Assembly: GCA_965223795.1 (NCBI GenBank)
Contig: CBDCXL010000002.1
Coordinates: 1,728,001-1,792,000, forward strand
From: Nitrospinales bacterium
GTDB lineage: Bacteria; Nitrospinota; Nitrospinia; Nitrospinales; VA-1
Direction of reading: 5' to 3'
DNA: 64,000 nt
Below, in pieces: positions 49,362 through 59,488 of the stretch. The notes under the pieces were generated by a model. That model ran no database searches, had not been told where the DNA came from, and saw nothing but the letters and a program-made list of their open reading frames with translations. A program made the position numbers and the translations under genes. How positions within the stretch are numbered: position 1 is the first letter of the stretch; every line of letters starts with the position of its first letter.

Positions 49362-51989
49362 ATGGAAAAGAAGTACGTCTATTTCTTCGGCAACGACGGC
49401 ACCGAAGGCAACGCGGAAATGAGGGACATGTTGGGCGGCAAAGGCGCCAATCTCGCGGAGATGGCGTCTCTGGGCATCCGGGTGCCTCCAGGCTTCACGA
49501 TCTCCACGGAAGCCTGTATTCAGTATTTCAAACAGGGCAACCGCATTCCCGAAGAGGTCTGGAATGAGGTCCTGAATCATCTCAAGAAACTCGAAGAAAC
49601 CCTGGGAAAGACGTTCGGCGACCGGACCAATCCCCTGCTGGTTTCCGTCCGTTCGGGAGCGCGGGTGTCCATGCCGGGAATGATGGACACGGTTCTCAAC
49701 CTGGGTCTCAATCAGGATTCGGTGCAGGCGCTTGCGGAGCAGACTCAGGATGAGCGTTTCGCGCTCGATTGTTACCGCCGCTTCATCACCATGTTCGGCG
49801 ACGTGGTTCTCGGCATCGAGTCGGAAAAATTCGAAGCGGTTCTCTCCAGGAAAAAGGATCAGAAGGACATCCAGTTCGACACCGAACTCACCGTCGCCGA
49901 CCTCAAGTCGATCATCAAGCAGTACAAGAGTCTGGTCCTCAAATCCCACGGCGAAGCGTTTCCCATCGATCCGATGCAGCAGCTGGAAATGGCGGTCGAA
50001 GCGGTGTTCAATTCCTGGAACACCCCAAGGGCCATCACCTACCGCAAGCTGAACCGAATCCCGCACGACTGGGGCACCGCTGTGACCGTGCAGGCCATGG
50101 TGTTCGGCAATATGGGGGACACCTCGGCGACGGGTGTGGCGTTCACACGCAATCCGGCCACGGGTGAGAAGAAGTTTTACGGCGAGTACATGATCAACGC
50201 CCAGGGTGAGGACGTGGTGGCCGGCATCCGCACCCCCAACCCGATCTACCAGCTTGAGAAGGAAATGCCCGAAGTTTACGAGGCGCTCGAGACGGTGTAC
50301 CAGAAACTGGAGAACCACTACCGGGACATGCAGGATCTTGAGTTCACCATCGAAAACCAGAACCTCTATCTTTTGCAGACCCGATCGGGCAAGCGCACGG
50401 CCGAAGCGGCGATCAAGATCGCCATGGATATGGTGAGCGAAGGGCTCATCAGCAAACACGAAGCGTTGATGCGGGTGCAGGCGGAACAGCTGGATCAGAT
50501 TTTTCATCCTATGATCGATCCCAAAGCCAAGATCAAGGTGCTGGCGAAAGGACTGGGAGCGTCTCCGGGGGCGGCCTCGGGCAAGATTGTGTTCACCCCC
50601 GAGCACGCGCAATCGATGGCGGAAAATAAAGAACGGGTCATCCTGGTGCGTGCGGAGACCTCTCCCGAAGACATCCACGGGATGAGCGTTTCCCAGGGCA
50701 TCCTCACGGCTAAAGGCGGCATGACGTCCCACGCCGCGGTGGTCGCGCGGGCCATGGGCAAGCCCTGTGTGTCCGGCTGCTCGGAACTCAATGTGGAGAT
50801 GAAAAAAAAGCGCTGCACGTTGAACGGCGTGCAGCTCAATGAATTCGACGCCATCACGCTGGACGGGACGACGGGCAAGGTGATATTGGGGGCGGTTCCA
50901 CTGAGCCAGCCGAAGCTGACGAGCAATTTCACGCGCCTGATGAACTGGGCCGGGGAGGTGCGGGAGCTGAAGATCCGCGCCAACGCGGACACGCCGCACG
51001 ATGCGCTGGTGGCGCGGGAGTTCGGGGCGCAGGGGATCGGTCTGTGCCGCACGGAGCACATGTTCTTCGATGAAGAGCGCATTCTGCTGATGCGGAAAAT
51101 GATCATCTCGGAGAATCCGAAGACCCGCACCGATGCGCTTAAAAAACTGCTGCCGATTCAGCGCAGCGACTTCACGGAAATTTTCAAGGCCATGGAAGGG
51201 CTGCCGGTGACCATTCGGCTGCTCGACCCGCCGCTGCACGAGTTTCTTCCCAACTCCCCCAAAGAAGTCAAAAGCCTGGCCGCGAGAATGAAGGTGACGC
51301 AGGCTGCGCTCAACAAAAAAATCGAGTCCATGAAGGAAGTCAACCCGATGCTGGGGCTTCGCGGCTGCCGGCTGGGAATCGTCTTTCCTGAGATTTATCA
51401 GATGCAGGCGCGGGCGATCGCGGAAGCGGCGTGCAAGCTGGCGCACAAGGGCATCGATGTGTACCCGGAGATCATGATCCCTCTCGTCGGACACGTCAAC
51501 GAGTTTTGTGCCGTGCGTACCTCGATCGAAGAGGTGGTGCAAAATGTGATCGAAAAGGCGGACGTGGAGCTGCCTTATAAGATCGGCACCATGATCGAGC
51601 TGCCGCGGGCGGCGCTCACCGCCGATGAAATCGGCAGGGAAGCGGATTTTTTCTCCTTCGGCACCAACGACCTGACGCAGACCGGCCTGGGTTTGAGCCG
51701 CGATGATGCGGGAAATTTCCTTCCCGATTATCTGGATCAGGGCGTGTTCGAGGAAGATCCCTTCGTTTCCATCGACCAGGCCGGGCTGGGTAAACTGGTG
51801 CGGATGGGGGCCGAGCAGGGCCGGTCCGTCAATCCCAAGCTGCATCTGGGCGTGTGCGGCGAGCATGGCGGCGATCCTGCCTCGATCGACTTTTTTCACA
51901 CCCTGGGGCTGGATTATGTCAGTTGTTCTCCTTTCCGGGTGCCCACCGCGATCCTGGCGGCGGCTCAGGCGGCCATCCGAAACCGTTGA
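49362..51989 (+). CDS. ppdK: pyruvate, phosphate dikinase
   Basis: GGKGANLAEM, SVRSGARVSMPGMMDT, GGMTSHAAVVAR, GLCRTEHMF, CGEHGGDP. Confidence 0.98.
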   Translation: MEKKYVYFFGNDGTEGNAEMRDMLGGKGANLAEMASLGIRVPPGFTISTEACIQYFKQGNRIPEEVWNEVLNHLKKLEETLGKTFGDRTNPLLVSVRSGARVSMPGMMDTVLNLGLNQDSVQALAEQTQDERFALDCYRRFITMFGDVVLGIESEKFEAVLSRKKDQKDIQFDTELTVADLKSIIKQYKSLVLKSHGEAFPIDPMQQLEMAVEAVFNSWNTPRAITYRKLNRIPHDWGTAVTVQAMVFGNMGDTSATGVAFTRNPATGEKKFYGEYMINAQGEDVVAGIRTPNPIYQLEKEMPEVYEALETVYQKLENHYRDMQDLEFTIENQNLYLLQTRSGKRTAEAAIKIAMDMVSEGLISKHEALMRVQAEQLDQIFHPMIDPKAKIKVLAKGLGASPGAASGKIVFTPEHAQSMAENKERVILVRAETSPEDIHGMSVSQGILTAKGGMTSHAAVVARAMGKPCVSGCSELNVEMKKKRCTLNGVQLNEFDAITLDGTTGKVILGAVPLSQPKLTSNFTRLMNWAGEVRELKIRANADTPHDALVAREFGAQGIGLCRTEHMFFDEERILLMRKMIISENPKTRTDALKKLLPIQRSDFTEIFKAMEGLPVTIRLLDPPLHEFLPNSPKEVKSLAARMKVTQAALNKKIESMKEVNPMLGLRGCRLGIVFPEIYQMQARAIAEAACKLAHKGIDVYPEIMIPLVGHVNEFCAVRTSIEEVVQNVIEKADVELPYKIGTMIELPRAALTADEIGREADFFSFGTNDLTQTGLGLSRDDAGNFLPDYLDQGVFEEDPFVSIDQAGLGKLVRMGAEQGRSVNPKLHLGVCGEHGGDPASIDFFHTLGLDYVSCSPFRVPTAILAAAQAAIRNR

Positions 51990-52075
51990 GCGCGTTTGCA
52001 GAGGCAATTGAAACGCAGGTTCCGTTCCCAGGTGAAAGTGTTGTTTTTGATTTCATCCTGCCTCAAAAATGTGGG

Positions 52076-52104
52076 TTGACTTCGATGGCCGGGGTTTCGA
52101 TAAT
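52076..52104 (+). promoter_or_regulatory. sigma70-like promoter upstream of the SDR-comDE unit
   Basis: TTGACT-N17-GATAAT. Confidence 0.5.
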
Positions 52105-52262
52105 GTTGAATTCTATGTTTTATTTCAAAAGGATCGTCTCCCACCGTTAACGGGCCGGCAGGGGCTGGACCGCAAGAGGACGGGGAGATCATGAGGTTGC
52201 GGCATGAGTGCAGGGGCGGCAGCGACCGGCGGGCCCATTGCGCTTGTCGAGAGAGATAGAAA

Positions 52263-53195
52263 ATGAATATTGCACTCACAGGGATCACCGGAATGGTGGG
52301 GTCCCATCTGATCAAACGGCTGTCCGAGGGCGACGGGGATAAGCCCAAAGTGCGGGCGCTGATTCGCGAAGGCAGCGTGGTCGAACATCTGAAACCGTTT
52401 GAAGATGTCGACTACGTGATCGGCGGACTGGAAGACAAGGAGTCCCTCAAAAATCTGGTGGAGGACGCCGACTGCGTCATTCACCTCGCCCATTTTCCCG
52501 GTCCGGTGCAGACAGCGGACGAACTGGTGCGGGCGAACGTCAACGGCACGTTCGATCTTCTCGAAGAAGCCAAAAAAGCCAAGGTCAAGCAGTTCGTCTT
52601 CATGAGCGCCTGCGCGATCTTCGGTCAGGTGCTGCCCACGGTCGATGAAGAGCATCCCATGGATGAATCCCACCCGGTGCATCCGAGCAGCCTGTACGGT
52701 GCGATCAAGTCGTCGATCGAAAGCTTCTGTTTCTCGTATTACAAGAGCCGTGCGTTCGACATCACCATTCTGCGGCCGGTGACCATCTACGGCGTCCGGC
52801 CGGATATCGACAAGTCGGAGTGGTTCAAGACGATCGACTTTCTCGCCACCAACTACAATGTGGATGTGAAAGGCAGCACCAAGTATGTGTCGGTCGATGC
52901 GGTCTGCCAGGCTCTGGAAAAAGTCATCGGCAACGCGGATACGGCCGGAAAGATCTATCACCTGGTGGACGGGCACATCCACAATATGGAACTGGGCAAG
53001 ATGATCGCAGAAACCATCGATTCCTTCGGTGAAGTCGAAGGCATCATGGGAGAAAAGGGCGTGCCCATGTCCAACCAGGCGGCGAAGGATCTGGGCGTCG
53101 AGTTCAAGGGCAAGGAAGGCATCGTCGAATACATCAAGCTCATCCACGACCTGCAAATGAAATACGGTGGCGAACGCAGCGTCGAAAACTGGTGA
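52263..53195 (+). CDS. extended SDR, NAD-dependent epimerase/dehydratase
   Basis: TGITGMVG, IHLA, NVNGT, YGAIK, LRP.TIYG. Confidence 0.9.
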   Translation: MNIALTGITGMVGSHLIKRLSEGDGDKPKVRALIREGSVVEHLKPFEDVDYVIGGLEDKESLKNLVEDADCVIHLAHFPGPVQTADELVRANVNGTFDLLEEAKKAKVKQFVFMSACAIFGQVLPTVDEEHPMDESHPVHPSSLYGAIKSSIESFCFSYYKSRAFDITILRPVTIYGVRPDIDKSEWFKTIDFLATNYNVDVKGSTKYVSVDAVCQALEKVIGNADTAGKIYHLVDGHIHNMELGKMIAETIDSFGEVEGIMGEKGVPMSNQAAKDLGVEFKGKEGIVEYIKLIHDLQMKYGGERSVENW

Positions 53196-53213
53196 CGCGC
53201 CGGCCGTCCTTCT

Positions 53214-53711
53214 ATGATTTCATCCAAACAATTCGTTGACCGGTTGTCCGCTGAGGGATTCCGGTTTTATGCGGGCGTTCCCTGTTCCCTGCTCTCCGGT
53301 CTGATCGCCAGTCTGGAGAATACGCCGGAGATTTCCTACCTGCCTGCCGTGCGGGAGGACGCCGCCGTGGGGCTGTGCGCCGGGGCCTACATGGCGGGGA
53401 GCAAACCCGTGCTGCTGATGCAGAACTCGGGTCTCGGATACAGCCTCAACGCGTTCACGTCTTTAAACCTCATCTACAAAATTCCCACGCTGGTGATCAT
53501 GAGCTGGCGCGGGTTCGGCGGCAAGGACGCTCCCGAGCACATCATCATGGGAGCCATCAACGAGGACCTGCTCAGAACCGCCGGCATGGAGTACAGCATC
53601 CTCACGCAGGATAACTGCGACGCCGTGCTGGACAAGGCGTTCGCCTGCATCCAGAAAGAGCTGCCCTACACCATTCTGGTGAAGAAAGGTCTGTTCGATG
53701 AAAAGCACTGA
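53214..53711 (+). CDS. comD: sulfopyruvate/phosphonopyruvate decarboxylase alpha subunit (ComD-like)
   Basis: GVPCSLL, REDAAVGLCAGAY, LMQNSGLG, SWRG..G.D.PEH. Confidence 0.8.
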   Translation: MISSKQFVDRLSAEGFRFYAGVPCSLLSGLIASLENTPEISYLPAVREDAAVGLCAGAYMAGSKPVLLMQNSGLGYSLNAFTSLNLIYKIPTLVIMSWRGFGGKDAPEHIIMGAINEDLLRTAGMEYSILTQDNCDAVLDKAFACIQKELPYTILVKKGLFDEKH

Positions 53712-54267
53712 GGCCTACGGAGAGATTCTCCCTTTGCTCAAGGGGGAGCCCGTGGTGCATGCCAACGGCTACATCTGCCGGGAATCCTTCAGCCTTCAGG
53801 ACCGGGAAGCGAATTTTTACATGATCGGATCGATGGGGCTGGCTTCATCGATCGGTCTGGGGGTGGCGCTGTGCAAGCCGGACCGCAAGGTCGTCGTGTT
53901 TGACGGGGACGGGAATGTGCTGATGTCGATGGGCACCCTCGCCATGATCGCCGCCGCGGCGCCGAAAAACCTGGTGCACGTGGTGTTCGACAATCAGGTG
54001 TACGAGTCGACGGGATGTCAGAAATCGTTGTCCAATGCGATCCCGCTGGAGAAGGTTGCGGAGGGGGTTGGTTACGCTCAGGCGGTCAAGGTGACGGAAA
54101 AGGAAGAGCTCGGGCCCACGTTCGAAAGGCTGATGCAGGTCGAGGGGCCGGTGTTTCTGCTGGTCAAGGTGGATCCGGATTTCGATCCCGCGACGGGCCG
54201 GGTGACCCACACGCCCGAGGAAATCAAATCCCGGTTCATGAATGCATTGAACAGGACCTCTGTTTAA
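53698..54267 (+). CDS. comE: sulfopyruvate/phosphonopyruvate decarboxylase beta subunit (ComE-like, TPP-binding)
   Basis: FYMIGSMGLASSIGLG, DGDG..LM, DN.VYESTG. Confidence 0.8.
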   Translation: MKSTEAYGEILPLLKGEPVVHANGYICRESFSLQDREANFYMIGSMGLASSIGLGVALCKPDRKVVVFDGDGNVLMSMGTLAMIAAAAPKNLVHVVFDNQVYESTGCQKSLSNAIPLEKVAEGVGYAQAVKVTEKEELGPTFERLMQVEGPVFLLVKVDPDFDPATGRVTHTPEEIKSRFMNALNRTSV

Positions 54268-54376
54268 GCCACTATTTCTATGGCGGTAAGATGCGACCCT
54301 TTTTTCTTAAGGGGAGCACGTGTCCTGACTTTTTTAAAAGCGTCCCTGAAATGACCGTGCGGATCAGAAATCAGAT

Positions 54377-54610
54377 TCAGACCGCCAGGTCCACCTGATT
54401 TCCGGTCTGTGATTCGCCGCTGGCAAGCGGAGCGGAGGCATTGCCGTCTTCCGCAGTTGTTTCCACAGGAGGCAGCGAGCTGGATTGTGCCGTTTCGCCC
54501 GTCTCAGAAGCAGACCTGGCTTCTTTCCCGGCGGTGGATTCCGGGCGCGCGGCGTCGTTGGCGGAGGGTTTGGGCGTTGCGGTGGATTGGGTCAGGCTGT
54601 TGACTTCCAT
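54377..54610 (-). CDS. small low-complexity protein ending TGNQVDLAV
   Basis: SD GAGGA, 6 nt after the flaG stop; C-terminal G..VD..V motif as in YjfB-like motility-associated peptides. Confidence 0.65.
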   Translation of the reverse strand: MEVNSLTQSTATPKPSANDAARPESTAGKEARSASETGETAQSSSLPPVETTAEDGNASAPLASGESQTGNQVDLAV

Positions 54611-54616
54611 GATTCC

Positions 54617-55027
54617 TCAAATATTCAAATCGGGTGATTGTTTCCCGGACAGATTTTCCACGACTGTCCGAATCCCTTCTTTCAGTTTCAGCTCATCTTC
54701 AGAAGGGATTTGTTTGACAACTTCCTTGGTCTGATTGTCGAGAATTTTCACGACCACATCGTTTTCTTCGGTGATCGTGAATTTACGGGTGCGATCGGCG
54801 GCATCCGGGGAAGCCGCGGTATCCTGCTTATCCGGAGTTTCTCCGGCGGGTGATTTCGGTTGCGTCCCTTCCAGCTTTTCCCGGCTCGCCGGCGACAGGG
54901 AAACCGTGTCGTCCGAGGGCGCGGATTCCGGAGCCTTTGCGGAGGCGTTCGTGCCTTCTGTCCGCAAACGCCGTTCCTGCTGCCTCAGTTCGGGTTTCCC
55001 GGTGGGTTGGATCGGCTGACTGTCCAT
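54617..55027 (-). CDS. flaG: FlaG-family flagellar protein
   Basis: KFTITEENDVVVKILDNQTKEVVKQIPSED.LKL; start at MDSQPIQ with SD GAGGA. Confidence 0.85.
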   Translation of the reverse strand: MDSQPIQPTGKPELRQQERRLRTEGTNASAKAPESAPSDDTVSLSPASREKLEGTQPKSPAGETPDKQDTAASPDAADRTRKFTITEENDVVVKILDNQTKEVVKQIPSEDELKLKEGIRTVVENLSGKQSPDLNI

Positions 55028-55167
55028 GATCGCGTTCCTCAAAAGTTGAGGTTTTTTTCATTATTCTTGAAATGAACGGTCTCAATAAAAGGCCGTTTTT
55101 CATAACTTTTTGTAATTATTGGACTTTTGAGCCTAAATTTACAAAAAGCAAAAAACTCTTAATCTTA

Positions 55168-55194
55168 GGATCGGCATTTTTTGCGAAATCTTTA
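55168..55194 (-). promoter_or_regulatory. sigma28 (FliA) promoter of flaG
   Basis: Minus strand TAAA-N15-GCCGATCC. Confidence 0.75.
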
Positions 55195-55481
55195 GCGCAA
55201 TTTAAAAATCTTTCGGATTCAATGGAAAAACCGATAAAATCGGAGATTCGAGTCCTGCCGCCAGCGGGGGTGGCGGGATATGCGTCAGCGCGCCCTGAAC
55301 GTCTCAGGATATTTCACAGCCGGATGGATATTCGTTTGAATTGGGTCCGAGGCCGGGGTATGATACCGACTTCTTATTTCCTTGAATTTGATAATGTTAC
55401 GGTTTGTCGGGAGAAAAGCGTCCCTCGCTGTTCGGAGCGTTCTCAGGGCGGAGGGATTTCCTTTTCAGACCCTGTATTGTC

Positions 55482-57272
55482 ATGAAGGATTTCGCGAAAA
55501 TACTGCGTTACGCGCGGCCGTATAAAAAAAGCATCATTTTTGCTTTTTTGTGCCTGACGCTGACCTCGGTGATCAATCTGATCCTGCCGCTGATCGTCCG
55601 CAATATGATCAACGCGGTGGTCGTCCTGAAAAACAGCGGGCTTTTGGACAGCCTGGCGCGCGACCTGTTCATCATCATCCTGTTTCAGGCGGTGTTCGCG
55701 GTCGCTCACAATTACGTTCTGGGGTTCGTGGGTCACAGGATGACGACGGATTTCAGAATCGAGTTTTTTTCCCACATTCAATCCCTGTCGCTGCGGTTTT
55801 TTCATCGGCGCCGCGTCGGTGAGATCCTGTCGAGAATGAGCAACGACATCTCGGTGATCCAGAACGCGCTGATCACCATACCCGTCGCGCTTTTACGCCA
55901 GACCATCACGCTGCTGGGCGCTCTGGCGATCATTTTGTATTTGAACTGGAAACTCACCGGGCTGATCCTTCTCGTGCTGCCGCCCCTCATGCTGTTCGCG
56001 CGGGTGTTCGGCAAGCGGCTCCGGCGGCTTTCCGAAACGGTGCAGGACAAGCTGGCGCGGTCGGTGGTGGTGCTGGAAGAAACGGTGTCCTCGATCAAGG
56101 TGGTGAAGTCCTACACGCGCGAACCCTACGAGCGCAAACGCTTCGAAAAGAACATCGAGACCGCGTTCGACGATTCCATCCGCAAGCTCAAGATCTCCGC
56201 TTTTTTCGGTCCGTTTATATTGGGGCTGACCTTTTTCGTGTCCGGACTGCTGATCTGGTACGGCGGCTATCAGGTCATGGAGGGCGCGACCACTCCGGGC
56301 GAACTGGCGGCGTTTTTCCTGTACGGGCTCATCATCGCCGGGCCCATCGGCACGTTCGTCCGTCTGTACACGCAGATCCAGGAAACGCTGGGCGCGGTGA
56401 AGCGGGTCTATGAAATCCTCGACACGCAGCCGCTCATTCAAAGCCCGGAAAACCCCGTGCCGGTGCCCGACCTGGAAGGCAGGATTGAATTTAAGGGCGT
56501 GCGCTTCGGCTACCAGAAAGACACGCCGGTTCTCAAAGACGTGAGTTTCGACATCGAACCCGGCAAGACCGTGGCGCTGGTGGGGCCGAGTGGCGCGGGG
56601 AAATCCACCGTGATCCAGCTTCTGCACCGGTTCTTCGATCCCGACGCCGGCCGCGTGCTGTGCGACGGGCACGACATCCGCACGCTGGATCTTGAGCAGT
56701 ATCTCAACCAGATCGCGCTGGTTCCGCAGGAGGCCCTGCTGTTCGGCGGGTCGGTGCGGGAAAACATTTTATACGGCAAGCTCGACGCCACGGAAGAGGA
56801 AATCGTTGCGGCGGCGAAATCCGCCAACGCGCACGATTTCATCCTGGGGCTGGAACAGGGCTACGACACGCCGGTGGGAGAAAAGGGCGTGAAGCTTTCG
56901 GGCGGCGAGCGGCAGCGCATCGCCATCGCGCGCGCGATTTTGAAAAACCCGAAGATCCTGGTTCTCGACGAGGCCACCTCCTCGCTCGACAACCGTTCGG
57001 AATCGTTGATTCAGGAAGCGCTGGAAAACCTGATGGCGGACCGCACCACGTTGATCATCGCGCACCGGCTGAGCACTGTGCGCAATGCGGACAAGATCAT
57101 CGTGCTCGACAAGGGCAAAGTGATCGAAACGGGAACGCACGATGCGCTGATGCGCAACGAAAATCTGTATTACAATCTTTACACCCTGAAGATGCTGGAA
57201 ATCCAGTCTCCCTCTGCGGAGGACAGCCTGGACGACACGGAGTTGGGCTACCCGACACAAAAAGTGATTTGA
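55482..57272 (+). CDS. MsbA-like ABC exporter (TMD+NBD)
   Basis: 6-TM domain, GPSGAGKST, LSGGERQR, LDEATS, IAHR; start at MKDFAKI. Confidence 0.93.
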   Translation: MKDFAKILRYARPYKKSIIFAFLCLTLTSVINLILPLIVRNMINAVVVLKNSGLLDSLARDLFIIILFQAVFAVAHNYVLGFVGHRMTTDFRIEFFSHIQSLSLRFFHRRRVGEILSRMSNDISVIQNALITIPVALLRQTITLLGALAIILYLNWKLTGLILLVLPPLMLFARVFGKRLRRLSETVQDKLARSVVVLEETVSSIKVVKSYTREPYERKRFEKNIETAFDDSIRKLKISAFFGPFILGLTFFVSGLLIWYGGYQVMEGATTPGELAAFFLYGLIIAGPIGTFVRLYTQIQETLGAVKRVYEILDTQPLIQSPENPVPVPDLEGRIEFKGVRFGYQKDTPVLKDVSFDIEPGKTVALVGPSGAGKSTVIQLLHRFFDPDAGRVLCDGHDIRTLDLEQYLNQIALVPQEALLFGGSVRENILYGKLDATEEEIVAAAKSANAHDFILGLEQGYDTPVGEKGVKLSGGERQRIAIARAILKNPKILVLDEATSSLDNRSESLIQEALENLMADRTTLIIAHRLSTVRNADKIIVLDKGKVIETGTHDALMRNENLYYNLYTLKMLEIQSPSAEDSLDDTELGYPTQKVI

Positions 57273-57300
57273 ACCCTCCTTTCATTTCCTTCACCCCGGC

Positions 57301-59436
57301 ATGAACAAAATCAAATTTCTGTTTGGCATCCACAACCATCAGCCTGTGGGCAACTTCGACCATGTGTTCGAAGAGGTGTATGAAAAATGCTACCGGCCCT
57401 ATTTCGACGTGCTGAGCGGTTTTCCCGAAATCAAGACGGCGGTGCATTTTTCCGGACCGCTGCTGGAATGGCTGAAGTCCCACAAACCGGATTACCTGAA
57501 ACGGATCCGCGAGATGGCGGGCCGAGGCTCGCTTGAGATCATGAGCGGCGGGTTTTACGAACCGCTGCTGGCGACGCTGCCCGAGGAGGACGCCGTCGGC
57601 CAGATCCGCATGATGAACGATTTCATCCGCGAGGAATTCGACTTCACGCCGCAGGGCCTGTGGCTGGCGGAGCGGATCTGGAACCCGGAGCTGCCGAAAA
57701 TCATCTCGATGGCGGGCATCCGCTACACGGTGGTGGACGACACGCATTTTTATTATTCCGGTCTGGAAGAAAACCGGATGCAGGGGTATTTCATTACGGA
57801 ACGCGCGGGCCATCCCCTGTTCGTGTTTCCCATCAGCAAGCCCTTGCGTTATGCCATTCCTTTTAAAATGCCCGAGGAAACCCTCGCCCTGCTGCGCCAT
57901 GCGAAGGACGAGCAGGGCTTCACCGGCCTCACCTATGCGGACGATGGCGAAAAATTCGGCAGCTGGCCGGAGACCTATCAATGGGTGTACAACGAGAAAT
58001 GGCTGGAGAAGTTTTTCACCGCGCTGCGCGACAACGCCGACTGGGTGGAGACGACGACGTTCGCCGAATACATCGACCGGCATCCGCCCTCAGGGCGCGT
58101 GTATCTGCCCATGGCTTCCTACGAAGAGATGATGGAATGGTCTTTGAACACGAAGTCGGCGCTGCAGTACAAAAAGCTGAAAGAAGACCTCAATGCGCGG
58201 GGGATCGGCGAGGATCGTTACAAGCTGTTTCTGCGTGGCGGGCAATGGGACAACTTCCTCACCAAGTATGAAGAAAGCAACCAGCTGCACAAGCGCATGC
58301 TGCTGGTCAGCCGCAAGGTGAAACTGCTGGATTCCGAAACGCAGAAGTCCAGCGGCGCGCTCCAGGCGCTGTACCGGAGCCAGTGCAATTGCGCCCAGTG
58401 GCACGGCCTGTTCGGCGGGCTGTATCTCAATTACCTGAGGCACGCTCTGTACCGCGATTTGATCGAGGCGGAGAACATCGTGGATGAGAAGCTCAAGCAG
58501 TCGTTCACGGTGCAGAGCATCGACTTCAACCTCGACGGCCGTGAAGAGATCTGGGCGGCCAACCCCAAGATGACCGCGTTCGTCGCGCCCGCCTACGGCG
58601 GCGCCCTGTTGGAGCTGGACTACCGGCCGGCCTGCTTCAACCTGAGCAACGTTCTCAAGCGGCGCGAGGAGACCTACCACCAGAGCCTCAAGGAAGCCGC
58701 GCATCCGCATCAGGACCAGGCCGGCTCGCCGCAATCGATTCACGACCGGGTCAAGTTCAAGGAGGACGATCTGGCGGGCAAGCTGTTTTTCGACCGCTGG
58801 GAACGGTATTCGCTGCTGGATCATTTTCTGGCGCCGGAGACCACGCTGGCGGATTTCAAGCGGGGCGATTCCCGCGAGGAAGGGGATTTCGTCGACGCGG
58901 ATTACGAGGTGCGGACGCCGGTCCCGGGCCGTTCGGCCAAGGCGTTCGCGGTGAACCTCACGCGCAGCGGACACGTTGCGTCCCGGGATGCGGCAGGGAC
59001 GGTCTCAATCCAGAAGGTGTATCACTTTTCCCGCACCGATGCCGAAATCCGCGTGCAGTACCGCATCACAAACGATGGCGATGCGCCCCGCAGACTCTGG
59101 TGGGGCGTGGAATTCAATTTCACGCTGCTGGCGGGCGACGCGCCGGACCGTGCTTATTTTCTGCCCGGCCAGGACCTTAAAGATGCGCGGATGGTCAGCG
59201 AAGGCGAGCTTTCGTCTGTGCGACAATTCGGTCTCAAAGACGACTGGTACCGGTTCGGGCTGCTTTTCACCTTCGAGCCGGAGATGGCGGTCTGGCGCTT
59301 TCCGGTGGAAACCATTTCGCAGTCGGAAGACGGCATCGAACGCAACTACCAGGGCTCCTGCCTTCTTGCCCACAAGCGGTTCGACCTCGATCCGGGAAAA
59401 AGCATCGAGCAGACGTTCACGTTGACTGTTTCCTGA
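57301..59436 (+). CDS. GH57 alpha-amylase/4-alpha-glucanotransferase
   Basis: HNHQPVGN, GFYEPLL, WLAERIW, DDGEKFG.WP, QCNCAQWHGLFGG. Confidence 0.95.
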   Translation: MNKIKFLFGIHNHQPVGNFDHVFEEVYEKCYRPYFDVLSGFPEIKTAVHFSGPLLEWLKSHKPDYLKRIREMAGRGSLEIMSGGFYEPLLATLPEEDAVGQIRMMNDFIREEFDFTPQGLWLAERIWNPELPKIISMAGIRYTVVDDTHFYYSGLEENRMQGYFITERAGHPLFVFPISKPLRYAIPFKMPEETLALLRHAKDEQGFTGLTYADDGEKFGSWPETYQWVYNEKWLEKFFTALRDNADWVETTTFAEYIDRHPPSGRVYLPMASYEEMMEWSLNTKSALQYKKLKEDLNARGIGEDRYKLFLRGGQWDNFLTKYEESNQLHKRMLLVSRKVKLLDSETQKSSGALQALYRSQCNCAQWHGLFGGLYLNYLRHALYRDLIEAENIVDEKLKQSFTVQSIDFNLDGREEIWAANPKMTAFVAPAYGGALLELDYRPACFNLSNVLKRREETYHQSLKEAAHPHQDQAGSPQSIHDRVKFKEDDLAGKLFFDRWERYSLLDHFLAPETTLADFKRGDSREEGDFVDADYEVRTPVPGRSAKAFAVNLTRSGHVASRDAAGTVSIQKVYHFSRTDAEIRVQYRITNDGDAPRRLWWGVEFNFTLLAGDAPDRAYFLPGQDLKDARMVSEGELSSVRQFGLKDDWYRFGLLFTFEPEMAVWRFPVETISQSEDGIERNYQGSCLLAHKRFDLDPGKSIEQTFTLTVS

Positions 59437-59488
59437 GCGGAAAGCACACGATGCGATCCACTCAGCAGGTTTGAGGGAGCTTGGTGTT

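Noticed and set aside
49326..52007. 893-aa minus-strand ORF, and similar long antisense ORFs over mnmG, ino1, dusB, ribF and the Fe-S/SCP2 gene
   Set aside because: Stop-free shadows expected opposite GC-rich genes; no motifs
52105..52262. Leader of SDR-comDE considered as a TPP riboswitch
   Set aside because: Lacks the CTGAGA and CCTGA core motifs
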